This document shows, one piece after another, positions 1-7,999 of a DNA stretch of 24,231 nucleotides. The stretch comes from Granulosicoccaceae bacterium. Lineage in GTDB: Bacteria > Pseudomonadota > Gammaproteobacteria > AKS1. The notes beneath the pieces were generated by a model that saw only the letters and a list, made by a program, of their open reading frames with translations, had not been told where the DNA came from and did no database searches. The translations under genes and the position numbers were made by a program. The stretch is taken from positions 1 to 24,231 of the forward strand of contig JASFJH010000001.1 of the NCBI GenBank assembly GCA_050122215.1, read 5' to 3'. Positions within the stretch are counted from its first letter, which is position 1. Each line of letters opens with the position of its first letter.

Positions 1-7
1 CGCAGCG

Positions 8-13
8 CTCCTT
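8..13 (-). promoter_or_regulatory. Possible Shine-Dalgarno for a minus-strand gene starting just outside the window
   Basis: Minus strand reads AAGGAG followed by 7 nt up to the window edge, the right spacing for a start codon just beyond position 1. The start codon itself is not visible. Confidence 0.3.
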
Positions 14-206
14 GGCTACAAACTGATTGTGTTCGCTACTGTTGAGCTTGCTTGTCAATACCGACAATACCAATGAGCAAGCCAAAGGCGATCGCCGTAT
101 TGCCGGGCAGATTAGCCCTGGTCGGTTTTACAAGCAACAACGTGCGTTGCGTCGGCATATGTGGCGGGATCACCGCGATGATATAATTATCGCGATGTAC
201 GTTTAT

Positions 207-824
207 TTATTGTGGAGGCCCGGTGAGTGCTTCACGTAATGTGATTACGATCTCCTCAGGATCAGTGCCATGACGGATCAAGGATCGCATTTCACCATCG
301 CGCCCGATGACGTAATACATAGAGGAGTGGTCAATTGCATAACCAAGCGCCGAATCCGGCAGTTCAACCTTCATGTAGAGCACACCATAGCGCCGTGCAA
401 TCTCTTCTATCTGCTTCGGTGTGCCGGTAATGCCGATGATCCTGTCATGAAAGGCCCTGGTGTAGGTTTTCAGGCTGTCCACCGTGTCACGTTCCGGGTC
501 AACGCTGATAAAAAGCGGCTGCAACTGGGCCAGTTCAACAGTAGATAATTCACGTAATGCGAGTGACAGCAGACCAAGACTCGTTGGACACACATCCGGG
601 CAGGCGGCGTAACCGAAATACAGCACCACGATCTTGCCCCGGTAATCGGACAGGGCGACCGGGCCATCCGCCGATTGCAGCACAAAATCCCCGCCTGCCT
701 TTGCCGCCGGTTTGAGGGCATTACCCACTGAATCCTCGCCACGAAATACCGTTAAAGACAGCGCCACGCCAAGCAACAGCATTGCAGCGGCCAGCCCGAC
801 AATAACAATTCTGGATTTCATCAT
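207..824 (-). CDS. SCO1/SenC family copper chaperone
   Basis: N-terminal membrane anchor, FGYAACPDVCP (CxxxC), ISVDPERD, and IDHS (copper-ligand His). The ORF track starts at TTG 839; ATG at 824 or 821 is more likely. Confidence 0.95.
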   Translation of the reverse strand: MMKSRIVIVGLAAAMLLLGVALSLTVFRGEDSVGNALKPAAKAGGDFVLQSADGPVALSDYRGKIVVLYFGYAACPDVCPTSLGLLSLALRELSTVELAQLQPLFISVDPERDTVDSLKTYTRAFHDRIIGITGTPKQIEEIARRYGVLYMKVELPDSALGYAIDHSSMYYVIGRDGEMRSLIRHGTDPEEIVITLREALTGPPQ

Positions 825-850
825 TACAATAAAGATCAATGCCGGGGCAT

Positions 851-1324
851 TTACTTTTCTTTGCGGTGCATCATGCCCGCGACCGCTTTGACCGGCACCT
901 CGAGCTTTTGACTGCTGCCGTCAGAAAATACAATTTCCAGGGCAAGCATACTGCCTGCCGGCAGTCCCTGCTTCAGGCCAATAAACATGATATGCAGGCC
1001 ACCCGGTTGCAACACGGTTTCAGTACCGGCCTTGATATCGATTTGCATGATGCGACGCATGCGCATCATGCCGCCTTCCTTGCGGTGTGTGTGTAATTCA
1101 ACGGCATGCGCGATGTCACTACGCGCCTCGACTATCGCGACATCCCGGCTGCCCGTGTTACGCAGCGTCATGAAGGCCGCGCTGTTGGGTTGTCCCTCGG
1201 GCACGGCACGCGCATACGGATTATCAATGCTGACCATGTCAGCAGCCAGATCGGCAGCGTTCGCAGTAAGGGGGAGCAGGAACAGGGGCAGTACAACAGC
1301 GAAAAAAACTGAACGCAATTTCAT
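851..1324 (-). CDS. Periplasmic copper chaperone PCu(A)C
   Basis: Signal peptide (..LTANA), NSAAFM, and an exact H-x10-M-x21-H-x-M copper motif (HTHRKEGGMMRM...GGLHIM). Adjacent to the Sco gene. Confidence 0.95.
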   Translation of the reverse strand: MKLRSVFFAVVLPLFLLPLTANAADLAADMVSIDNPYARAVPEGQPNSAAFMTLRNTGSRDVAIVEARSDIAHAVELHTHRKEGGMMRMRRIMQIDIKAGTETVLQPGGLHIMFIGLKQGLPAGSMLALEIVFSDGSSQKLEVPVKAVAGMMHRKEK

Positions 1325-1517
1325 GGGTTACCTCAGTACAACATCATCAGCGTGTGGGGAAAAGAATCGTAAACGAGCAAATCTGCAGTTGGACAGACCA
1401 CTACAACATCAGCGGACAAGCATAAGCGACACTGTAACTACCTGTCCACCAGGATATAAACTGTTTTTGAAAACCCTGTATAGTAGTCAGGTAATACTGT
1501 AAAGACGTCTAATCGCT

Positions 1518-1523
1518 TATAAT
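1518..1523 (+). promoter_or_regulatory. Candidate sigma70 -10 element for the gene at 1552
   Basis: Exact TATAAT 28 nt upstream of ATG 1552 in an AT-rich divergent intergenic region. No good -35 at 17 nt spacing. Confidence 0.4.
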
Positions 1524-1551
1524 TACGAGCATATTTGCCAACTGTCTAGTC

Positions 1552-2295
1552 ATGGATATCAGCCCCTTCCTGATCAGTTCCACCCCCTACCTGACCGCCT
1601 TTCTGACCGGGCTGTTCGGTGGCGTGCATTGTGTCGGCATGTGTGGCGGTATTGCCGCGGCGATGATGCACGGCCTGCCTGCCGCGGTACGGGCGAAAAC
1701 CTCGAGCATGCTGCCCTACGCGATAGCCTATAACGTTGGCCGGATCAGCAGTTATACCGTAGCGGGAGCGATCGTCGGCTATCTCGGCTACAGCGCCGGC
1801 ACGCTCGTGCAGGAGTACAGCGGCTGGTTCTACCTGCGCATCGTCGCCGGCATGTTCATGATCATCCTCGGCCTGTACCTCGGTGGCTGGTGGTTTGGCC
1901 TGCAACGTCTCGAACAACTTGGCGGCCTGTTGTGGCAGCGCGTCAGCGGTCTGGCCAACAGCCTGTTGCCACTACACAATCCCGGCCAGGCTTTTGCCCT
2001 CGGCCTGTTATGGGGCTGGCTACCCTGCGGGCTTGTCTACAGCATGCTCGTGTTCAGTTTTGCCGCCGGTGGCTGGATGGAAGGTGGCGCCTTCATGCTG
2101 AGTTTCGGCCTGGGCACCCTGCCCGCACTGCTCGGTGTCGGCCTGCTGGCCGGCAAGGCGTCAAAATTCCTGCAACACCCGCGTATACGTCACCTCGCCG
2201 GGGCGCTCGTCATAGGCTTCGGGATCTGGACCATTACCGCGACCTTGCTGGTGCAGGCCAACGTTGGGCTGGGTTGCGCGGTGCCGGTGCAATAG
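1552..2295 (+). CDS. DsbD_2 / TauE-SafE-like membrane protein (cytochrome oxidase maturation-associated type)
   Basis: About 6-7 hydrophobic helices with GGVHCVGMCGG in TM1 and GWLPCGLVY in the second half, the signature Cys motifs of this family. Confidence 0.85.
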   Translation: MDISPFLISSTPYLTAFLTGLFGGVHCVGMCGGIAAAMMHGLPAAVRAKTSSMLPYAIAYNVGRISSYTVAGAIVGYLGYSAGTLVQEYSGWFYLRIVAGMFMIILGLYLGGWWFGLQRLEQLGGLLWQRVSGLANSLLPLHNPGQAFALGLLWGWLPCGLVYSMLVFSFAAGGWMEGGAFMLSFGLGTLPALLGVGLLAGKASKFLQHPRIRHLAGALVIGFGIWTITATLLVQANVGLGCAVPVQ

Positions 2296-2360
2296 GAAGA
2301 GGGTCCAGATTAGAGATCGGGGCGGATTCTGCGCGCTCTCCCCCCTTGTATGCATGCATA

Positions 2361-2960
2361 TCATGCACTGCTTTTCGCCCACTGGTAGACATGCATGGGC
2401 GGGATGTTGAGAAGCTCCAGCATTTCCTGCTCTCTTCCCAGGTAGGGTCGGCACAACGAGGCGACGCGGTTGCTCACCTGGTATGCGACAAAACGCCCGT
2501 TCGCGGCGAGCGAAGACGAGATTGCCTCGATAATCTGCGCGCCTTCGCTATGGCTCATAGTGGAAAAAGGGATACCGGAAATGACGACATCCGGAGCACT
2601 CAGCCCATACAGTGAGATAATAGTCTGTAGACTGGCTGCATTACCCAGGTGCGCGATAAGCCGATCGTCCTCGATGCTGCTGACCAGAGCGTGAAAATGC
2701 GGGTTGATTTCGATACTTAACAACCTCGCATTTGTGGGCATCGCACGGAGTATTGCTTGTGTGACACCACCCGTACCGGCGCCCAGTTCTACGATGGTCC
2801 TGGCTGAATCGATTGCTGCAGCCTCCAGAATACGCCGCTCAAGGAAACGGGAGCTGGGAATAATCGAGCCAATCTGAAGTGGGTGCTTCAGAAATTCCTG
2901 AAAGAACAGGAATCGGCCATTCATCAAGGAATTAACCGGTTTTGGCTTTTTATTATTCAT
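2361..2960 (-). CDS. Class I SAM-dependent methyltransferase, PmtA-like phospholipid N-methyltransferase
   Basis: FFQEFLKHPLQIGSIIPSS N-terminal motif, VELGAGTG SAM-binding loop, acidic IEIN after beta2, and VISGIPF. SD-like GGAGG lies upstream of ATG 2960. Confidence 0.8.
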   Translation of the reverse strand: MNNKKPKPVNSLMNGRFLFFQEFLKHPLQIGSIIPSSRFLERRILEAAAIDSARTIVELGAGTGGVTQAILRAMPTNARLLSIEINPHFHALVSSIEDDRLIAHLGNAASLQTIISLYGLSAPDVVISGIPFSTMSHSEGAQIIEAISSSLAANGRFVAYQVSNRVASLCRPYLGREQEMLELLNIPPMHVYQWAKSSA

Positions 2961-3216
2961 CCGCCTGCCTCCATCAAATCCATATCAATGTCGCTTAACG
3001 GTAGTATCAAACAGATACCATAAAAAAGATTTTACTCATACTGGAAAATATTGCTCTGTGAATCCGGTTCTTCCTATGAAACCGGGTTCAGGACAACAAG
3101 GCAATACTCGCTTGCCTGAACAGGATCGGGTAGAGGCTTAAGAATCTTGTGCGTGGCCACCCTATCCAGCCCGTAGTTTACCCGAAAGGGGTTCCCCTGT
3201 ATCACATTGAACAGCC

Positions 3217-4422
3217 TTATTCGTAACGCAGGGCGTCGATGGGATCCATGTGCGCCGCCTTGCGCGCCGGGAAGAACCCGAAGATCACGCCGACCGCGGC
3301 AGAAAACAAAAAGGCCAGCAACATGATGCCGGGGCTGAGCACGACCGGGCTGTTCAGCAGCGAGGCCAGGCCAAAGGTACCGCCCACCGCGACAATGATG
3401 CCGATGACGCCACCGAACGACGACAACACGACCGCTTCGACGAGGAACTGCAGCAGCACTTCCCGTTCGAGGGCGCCGATGGCCAGACGGATGCCGATCT
3501 CGCGCGTGCGTTCGGTGACCGACACGAGCATGATGTTCATAATACCGATGCCGCCCACGAGCAGGCTGACCGCGGCCACCGCACCGAGCAGCGTGGTCAT
3601 CACCTCGGTGGTACCGGTCAACGCCTCGGCGATCTCCTGCATATCGCGAACGTTGAAATCGTCATCCTCGCTGGGCGAAATACGCCGACGCTCGCGCATG
3701 AGTAACTCGATATCACGTTTCACCTTGCTCGTGGCAATACCCTCGCGGGCCGACACGTAGATCATCTGCACATCCTGGTTGCCGGCAAGGCGCCGCCAGA
3801 AAGTACGCAGCGGTATGACCACGAGATCATCCTGATCACGCCCACCGGCCGACTGGCCCTTGGACTCGAGCAGCCCGACCACCTGGCAGGCGAGCTTGTT
3901 GAGGCGGATCTTTTCCCCTACCGGGTCCTGGCCGCCGAATAACTCATTACGCACGTTATCGCCGAGGATGCACACCGCGGCACCGGCGCGCAGCTCGCTG
4001 CTGCTGAATTCACGTCCCTTCGCCAGTGTCCAGTTGCCCACCGGAAAATAGTTGTTGTTTGTGCCGGTGACCGTGGTGGACCAGTTGCGGTTACCGTAGA
4101 TGGCAATCGAGGCTTGCGAAGCAATAGGTGCCACAGCGGCCACACCACCGACCTCTTCAGCGATGGCCTCGACATCATCCATATCAAAGGACTCGGCCGC
4201 CGAGCGTTGCCCGAAGCCGAGACGCTGGCCGGTGCGCACCATGAGCAGGTTGCTGCCCAGGCTGGCAATTCGCTCAGAGACCTGGGCGGTCGCGCCACTG
4301 CCCAGGTTAACCATAATAATCACGGAGGCCACGCCGATAACGATCCCCAGCATGGTCAGCGCCGAGCGCAGCAGGTTGCGGCGGATCTCGCGCAGGGCGA
4401 GCAGCAGGGCATTCCAGAACAT
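3217..4422 (-). CDS. MacB/FtsX-family ABC transporter permease
   Basis: RSALTMLGIVIGVASV in TM1, a large periplasmic domain, GGIGIMNIMLVSVTERTREIGIRLAIGA, and a C-terminal PIDALRYE. Confidence 0.95.
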   Translation of the reverse strand: MFWNALLLALREIRRNLLRSALTMLGIVIGVASVIIMVNLGSGATAQVSERIASLGSNLLMVRTGQRLGFGQRSAAESFDMDDVEAIAEEVGGVAAVAPIASQASIAIYGNRNWSTTVTGTNNNYFPVGNWTLAKGREFSSSELRAGAAVCILGDNVRNELFGGQDPVGEKIRLNKLACQVVGLLESKGQSAGGRDQDDLVVIPLRTFWRRLAGNQDVQMIYVSAREGIATSKVKRDIELLMRERRRISPSEDDDFNVRDMQEIAEALTGTTEVMTTLLGAVAAVSLLVGGIGIMNIMLVSVTERTREIGIRLAIGALEREVLLQFLVEAVVLSSFGGVIGIIVAVGGTFGLASLLNSPVVLSPGIMLLAFLFSAAVGVIFGFFPARKAAHMDPIDALRYE

Positions 4423-5147
4423 CAGCCAGCGCCTCCCTTGTGCGCCGCGCTATCAACGATCAGGCCGTCGAGAAAATGTACGACGCGGCGCGCATAGGCA
4501 GCCATCTCTGCTTCGTGGGTCACCATGATGATGGAGATACCCTGTTCCTCGTTGAAGCGCTTGAGCAGTTCCATGATCTCGAGACTGCGCGCGGTGTCCA
4601 GGTTGCCGGTAGGTTCGTCGGCGAGCAGTACGGCCGGCTCGGTGACAATGGCCCGCGCAATGGCGACACGCTGCTGCTGACCACCCGACAGTTCAGCGGG
4701 CGAGTGTTCCTCCCAGCCGGAAAGACCCACTTCGGCAAGCGCGCGGCGGGCACGCGCACGTCGTTCCGCCGCGGGAACCCCACGATAGACGAGTGGCAAC
4801 TCGACGTTCTCCAGCGCCGAAGTGCGTGCCAGCAGATTGAAGCCCTGGAACACGAAACCGATGTAATTGCGTCGCAACAGCGCGCGCTGGTTGCGCGACA
4901 GGCCACGCACGTCGACCCCTTCAAACAGGTAATGGCCTGCGGTGGGTGTATCGAGACAACCGATAATGTTCATACAGGTGGATTTGCCGGAGCCGCTTGG
5001 CCCCATCATGGCGATGAACTCGGCCTGTTCAATGGCGATGTCGATACCACGCAGGGCATGCATGGCCGCCTGGCCCTTGCCATACACCTTGGTGACACTG
5101 CGCAGCTCGATCAATGGTGCGGTGCTTGCGGCAGGTTGCGCATTCAT
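4422..5147 (-). CDS. ABC transporter ATP-binding protein (MacB/LolD-like)
   Basis: Walker A GPSGSGKST, signature LSGGQQQR, Walker B LLADEPTGNLD, H-loop VTHE. The stop overlaps the permease start (TGATG). Confidence 0.95.
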   Translation of the reverse strand: MNAQPAASTAPLIELRSVTKVYGKGQAAMHALRGIDIAIEQAEFIAMMGPSGSGKSTCMNIIGCLDTPTAGHYLFEGVDVRGLSRNQRALLRRNYIGFVFQGFNLLARTSALENVELPLVYRGVPAAERRARARRALAEVGLSGWEEHSPAELSGGQQQRVAIARAIVTEPAVLLADEPTGNLDTARSLEIMELLKRFNEEQGISIIMVTHEAEMAAYARRVVHFLDGLIVDSAAHKGGAG

Positions 5148-6418
5148 TTCTTCACGCTGATGGCGTCGACGATAATGTGCTGGCCGGCCTGGATCTCCGT
5201 CGTGCGCAACTCGGTAAACTTGCCATCACTGGCACCCGTCTTCACTGTCACTGCCTGCGGCTGGCCGTCACGCAGGATCCAGACTTTCTGGCTTGCATTG
5301 GCGCCGACATCAGGGCGGCGGCGTTCCGTCCGTGGCCGACGGAACATGGCGCCAAAGATCCCGCCGCCGTTGCGTTGCGTTGTCTTTGTGGCCGGCGGGG
5401 CAAAACGCAAAGCCGCGTTGGGAATCAACACCACATCCTGGAGCTGTTGCACGGTGATCACCGCGGTGGCCGTCATGCCCGGTCGCAGGGACAGATCGGA
5501 ATTGTCCACCGACAGGACCGTCTCGTAGGTGACCACGCCCTCGACGGTCTGCGGCGCGAAGCGCACCTGGCTGATACGTGCCGGGAAACTGCGCTCGGGA
5601 TAGGCATCCACGGTGAACAGCGCGGCCTGGTCTTCGGCGATCTTGCCCACATCCGCCTCATCGACGGCGACAAGCAGCTCCATGTGGGCCAGATCTTCGG
5701 CCAGCGTGAACAACACCGGTGCCTGCAGAGATGCCGCCACCGTCTGGCCCGGTTCGATCTGGCGCCGCAGCACGAGGCCGTCTATGGGTGAACGGATCTC
5801 GGCCTTGGCCAGGTTGGTCTCATGGGCATCCAGCGACGCCTGCGCCACAGCCACCTGGGCCCGGGCACTGGCCTCGGCGGCTTTGGCGCGCGCCTGTGCC
5901 GCACGCACAGTATCGAGTTCCTCGCTGGTACAAAGCTGCCGGGCAGCAAGCTTTTCACAACGTTGGTAACGCAGACGTGTTTCGACAACAGTCGCCTTCG
6001 CCTCTTCTTGCTTGGCCTTCGCCGATTCGAGCGCGGCGCGTGCCTCGATCACCTGGGCCTGCAGACGATCAGTATCCAGGCGCGCCAGCACCTGGCCGCG
6101 GCTTACCCGGTCGTTAAAGTCCACATCCACGGACTCAATGGTGCCGGACAGTTCGCTACCCACGTCGACCTGGTTGACCGGCTGTACCGCACCGGTGGCG
6201 GTGACCGTGACAGTCAGATCACCTCGCTGCACCTCGGCAGTTTCGTAGCGCAGCGCAGTGTCCTTCGACGGCCACAGCAGCATGTACATACCTGCCAGCA
6301 ACACCACCACTGCCGCCACGGCGGCCAGCCATAGCAGGCGCCGACGTGCGGGCGAGCGCCGCTCTGTGCCGAGGACCGCGCCAATATCTTCGTGGGGATT
6401 CGGATCGTAGTTTGCCAT
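5144..6418 (-). CDS. MacA-like periplasmic adaptor (membrane fusion protein)
   Basis: N-terminal TM anchor, ATGAVQPVNQVDVGSELSG, VDFNDRV..GQVLARLD, coiled-coil hairpin, IRSPIDG..GQTVAASLQAPVLF, VDEADVG, LRPGMTA. ATGA overlap with the ATPase gene. Confidence 0.95.
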   Translation of the reverse strand: MANYDPNPHEDIGAVLGTERRSPARRRLLWLAAVAAVVVLLAGMYMLLWPSKDTALRYETAEVQRGDLTVTVTATGAVQPVNQVDVGSELSGTIESVDVDFNDRVSRGQVLARLDTDRLQAQVIEARAALESAKAKQEEAKATVVETRLRYQRCEKLAARQLCTSEELDTVRAAQARAKAAEASARAQVAVAQASLDAHETNLAKAEIRSPIDGLVLRRQIEPGQTVAASLQAPVLFTLAEDLAHMELLVAVDEADVGKIAEDQAALFTVDAYPERSFPARISQVRFAPQTVEGVVTYETVLSVDNSDLSLRPGMTATAVITVQQLQDVVLIPNAALRFAPPATKTTQRNGGGIFGAMFRRPRTERRRPDVGANASQKVWILRDGQPQAVTVKTGASDGKFTELRTTEIQAGQHIIVDAISVKK

Positions 6419-6751
6419 CAGCGTTCACATCCCTGCCATCAGGACACAGCCATAATGAAAATGTTCACGAAACTATCGTGCCACAGTCATATGGCCGCCG
6501 TAAATGCAATACTGATCAGCCGCATTTTGCGCCTGTACGGCATCCTGACAGGAAGCAAGGCTTTAGTCTTTTGAGTAACAGGCACGGCGCAAAAATGCCG
6601 AAACTGGCAAAGCGCTCGCAGCCACACTGGAAAGGGTCAGACTCTGTTTTATCGGGGTGGCTTCGAGTGGGTAGGATTAACCAATGAAATTGCACGCACG
6701 CCGATATTTTTTCTGAACACTGCAAGCTGATTACTGCCAACTTTACTTATG

Positions 6752-7969
6752 TTATTCCTGACGTAATGTCGTATCTTTACCGGCTGGTTCCTGTTCACCC
6801 TGTTCCACCTCCCCGCTGTGGCGCAGGGCATAACGCGTCAGGATCGGGCCAACGATCTCGAACAACACGGTTGTGGCGATCACAATCGGCAGGATCTTTT
6901 GTCCCCATTGCGGAAAATGCTGCATCGACACGAGTGCCATGGCCATCGCAACACCTGCCTGCGGCATCAGGGCTACGCCGATCCATTTACCGCAAGCAGG
7001 GTCCCCCACTGCCATGCCACCAAACCAGCCTCCCGCAAGCCGACCGGCAATACGCAATACGACATAGCTGGCGCCTATCCAGCCCGCCGTTTCGAACATC
7101 GCCGGTTGTAGCGAGGCCCCGGCCAACACGAGGAACAGGATCAGGAACGGCATTTCAATATCGGCGATAGCATGGAACGGTCGTTGCGAGTGACGCGCGA
7201 AGTTAGCCACCGTCGCCCCCATGATCACCGTCGCCAGCAGGTAAGAGACTTCCAGGTGCATCGCCAGGCCGGTACACAGGAACACCATGCCCAGGGCCTC
7301 GATAAGCGTGAATTCACCACGGCGCAGACGACCGGTCAGGTAACTCATGGGCAGGCCAAGCAGCACTCCCAGACCGATACCGCCAACAAGTTCCCACAGG
7401 CCGTTCAACAGAATTGTACCATTACCGGTGCCGTCACCATTGAGCATGTGCCCGATGGACAGCAATACACTGAACAGAATCAGGCCCCAGGCATCATCGA
7501 CCGCAACGATACCAAGTAGCACGGAAGTGAAACGACCTCCTGCCTTTTGTTCCCGTACCGCATCCGAGGTCGCGACCGGATCAGTCGCCGTGGCAATGCC
7601 GGCGAGCAACAGCGCCATGCCGGCAGGCACGCCGATCAGCCACAAACCGCCAAACATGACCAGCGTGGTCACGATTACCACGGCCAGCGATATAATGATG
7701 ATATAGCGGCCATGCTGTTCCAGGTTATGTCGGCCAAGCTTCTCACCGAGCAGGAAGCCAATCATGACCAGTGCCAGGTTGGCAATAAACGGGAACCAGT
7801 TGCGGGTAAGGTCGGGCAGGATATCGAAGCCCGCCGGCCCAATTGCAAATCCAAACACCAGTAGCAGAGTGACACGCGGCAGGCGGGTACGACGGCCAAG
7901 CGTATTAATAAGCAGCCCGGCCAGCAGCAGTGCCCCGATGACAATGAAGGTCAGTGAGAGCTTTTCCAT
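6752..7969 (-). CDS. Monovalent cation:proton antiporter (CPA superfamily) without a C-terminal regulatory domain
   Basis: About 12 TM helices with LPRVT, ATATDPVAT, VAVDDAWG, FLVLAGASL, R..GRLAG and PQAGVA motifs of Na+/H+ exchanger-family proteins. Confidence 0.9.
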   Translation of the reverse strand: MEKLSLTFIVIGALLLAGLLINTLGRRTRLPRVTLLLVFGFAIGPAGFDILPDLTRNWFPFIANLALVMIGFLLGEKLGRHNLEQHGRYIIIISLAVVIVTTLVMFGGLWLIGVPAGMALLLAGIATATDPVATSDAVREQKAGGRFTSVLLGIVAVDDAWGLILFSVLLSIGHMLNGDGTGNGTILLNGLWELVGGIGLGVLLGLPMSYLTGRLRRGEFTLIEALGMVFLCTGLAMHLEVSYLLATVIMGATVANFARHSQRPFHAIADIEMPFLILFLVLAGASLQPAMFETAGWIGASYVVLRIAGRLAGGWFGGMAVGDPACGKWIGVALMPQAGVAMAMALVSMQHFPQWGQKILPIVIATTVLFEIVGPILTRYALRHSGEVEQGEQEPAGKDTTLRQE

Positions 7970-7999
7970 GTCTCACATGCTCTCATAGTCTGGCGGGGA

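Noticed and set aside
26-80. Exact TTGACA on the minus strand (58-53), plus short CAATACC direct repeats and a GCTTGCT/AGCAAGC inverted repeat
   Set aside because: No -10 element at 16-18 nt spacing, and the repeats are short enough to arise by chance. The downstream gene is outside the window.
27-239. 70-aa plus-strand ORF and a 40-aa minus-strand ORF from ATG 158
   Set aside because: No SD, motif or family resemblance. The region is more simply explained as intergenic.
4440-5528. 362-aa plus-strand ORF antisense to the ABC ATPase and adaptor genes
   Set aside because: Shadow ORF of conserved ABC genes, with no SD or domain support.
6469-6483. Sigma54-like TGGCAC-N5-TTTC upstream of the adaptor gene (minus strand)
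   Set aside because: The -12 element is TTTC rather than TTGC, so the near-invariant GC is missing.
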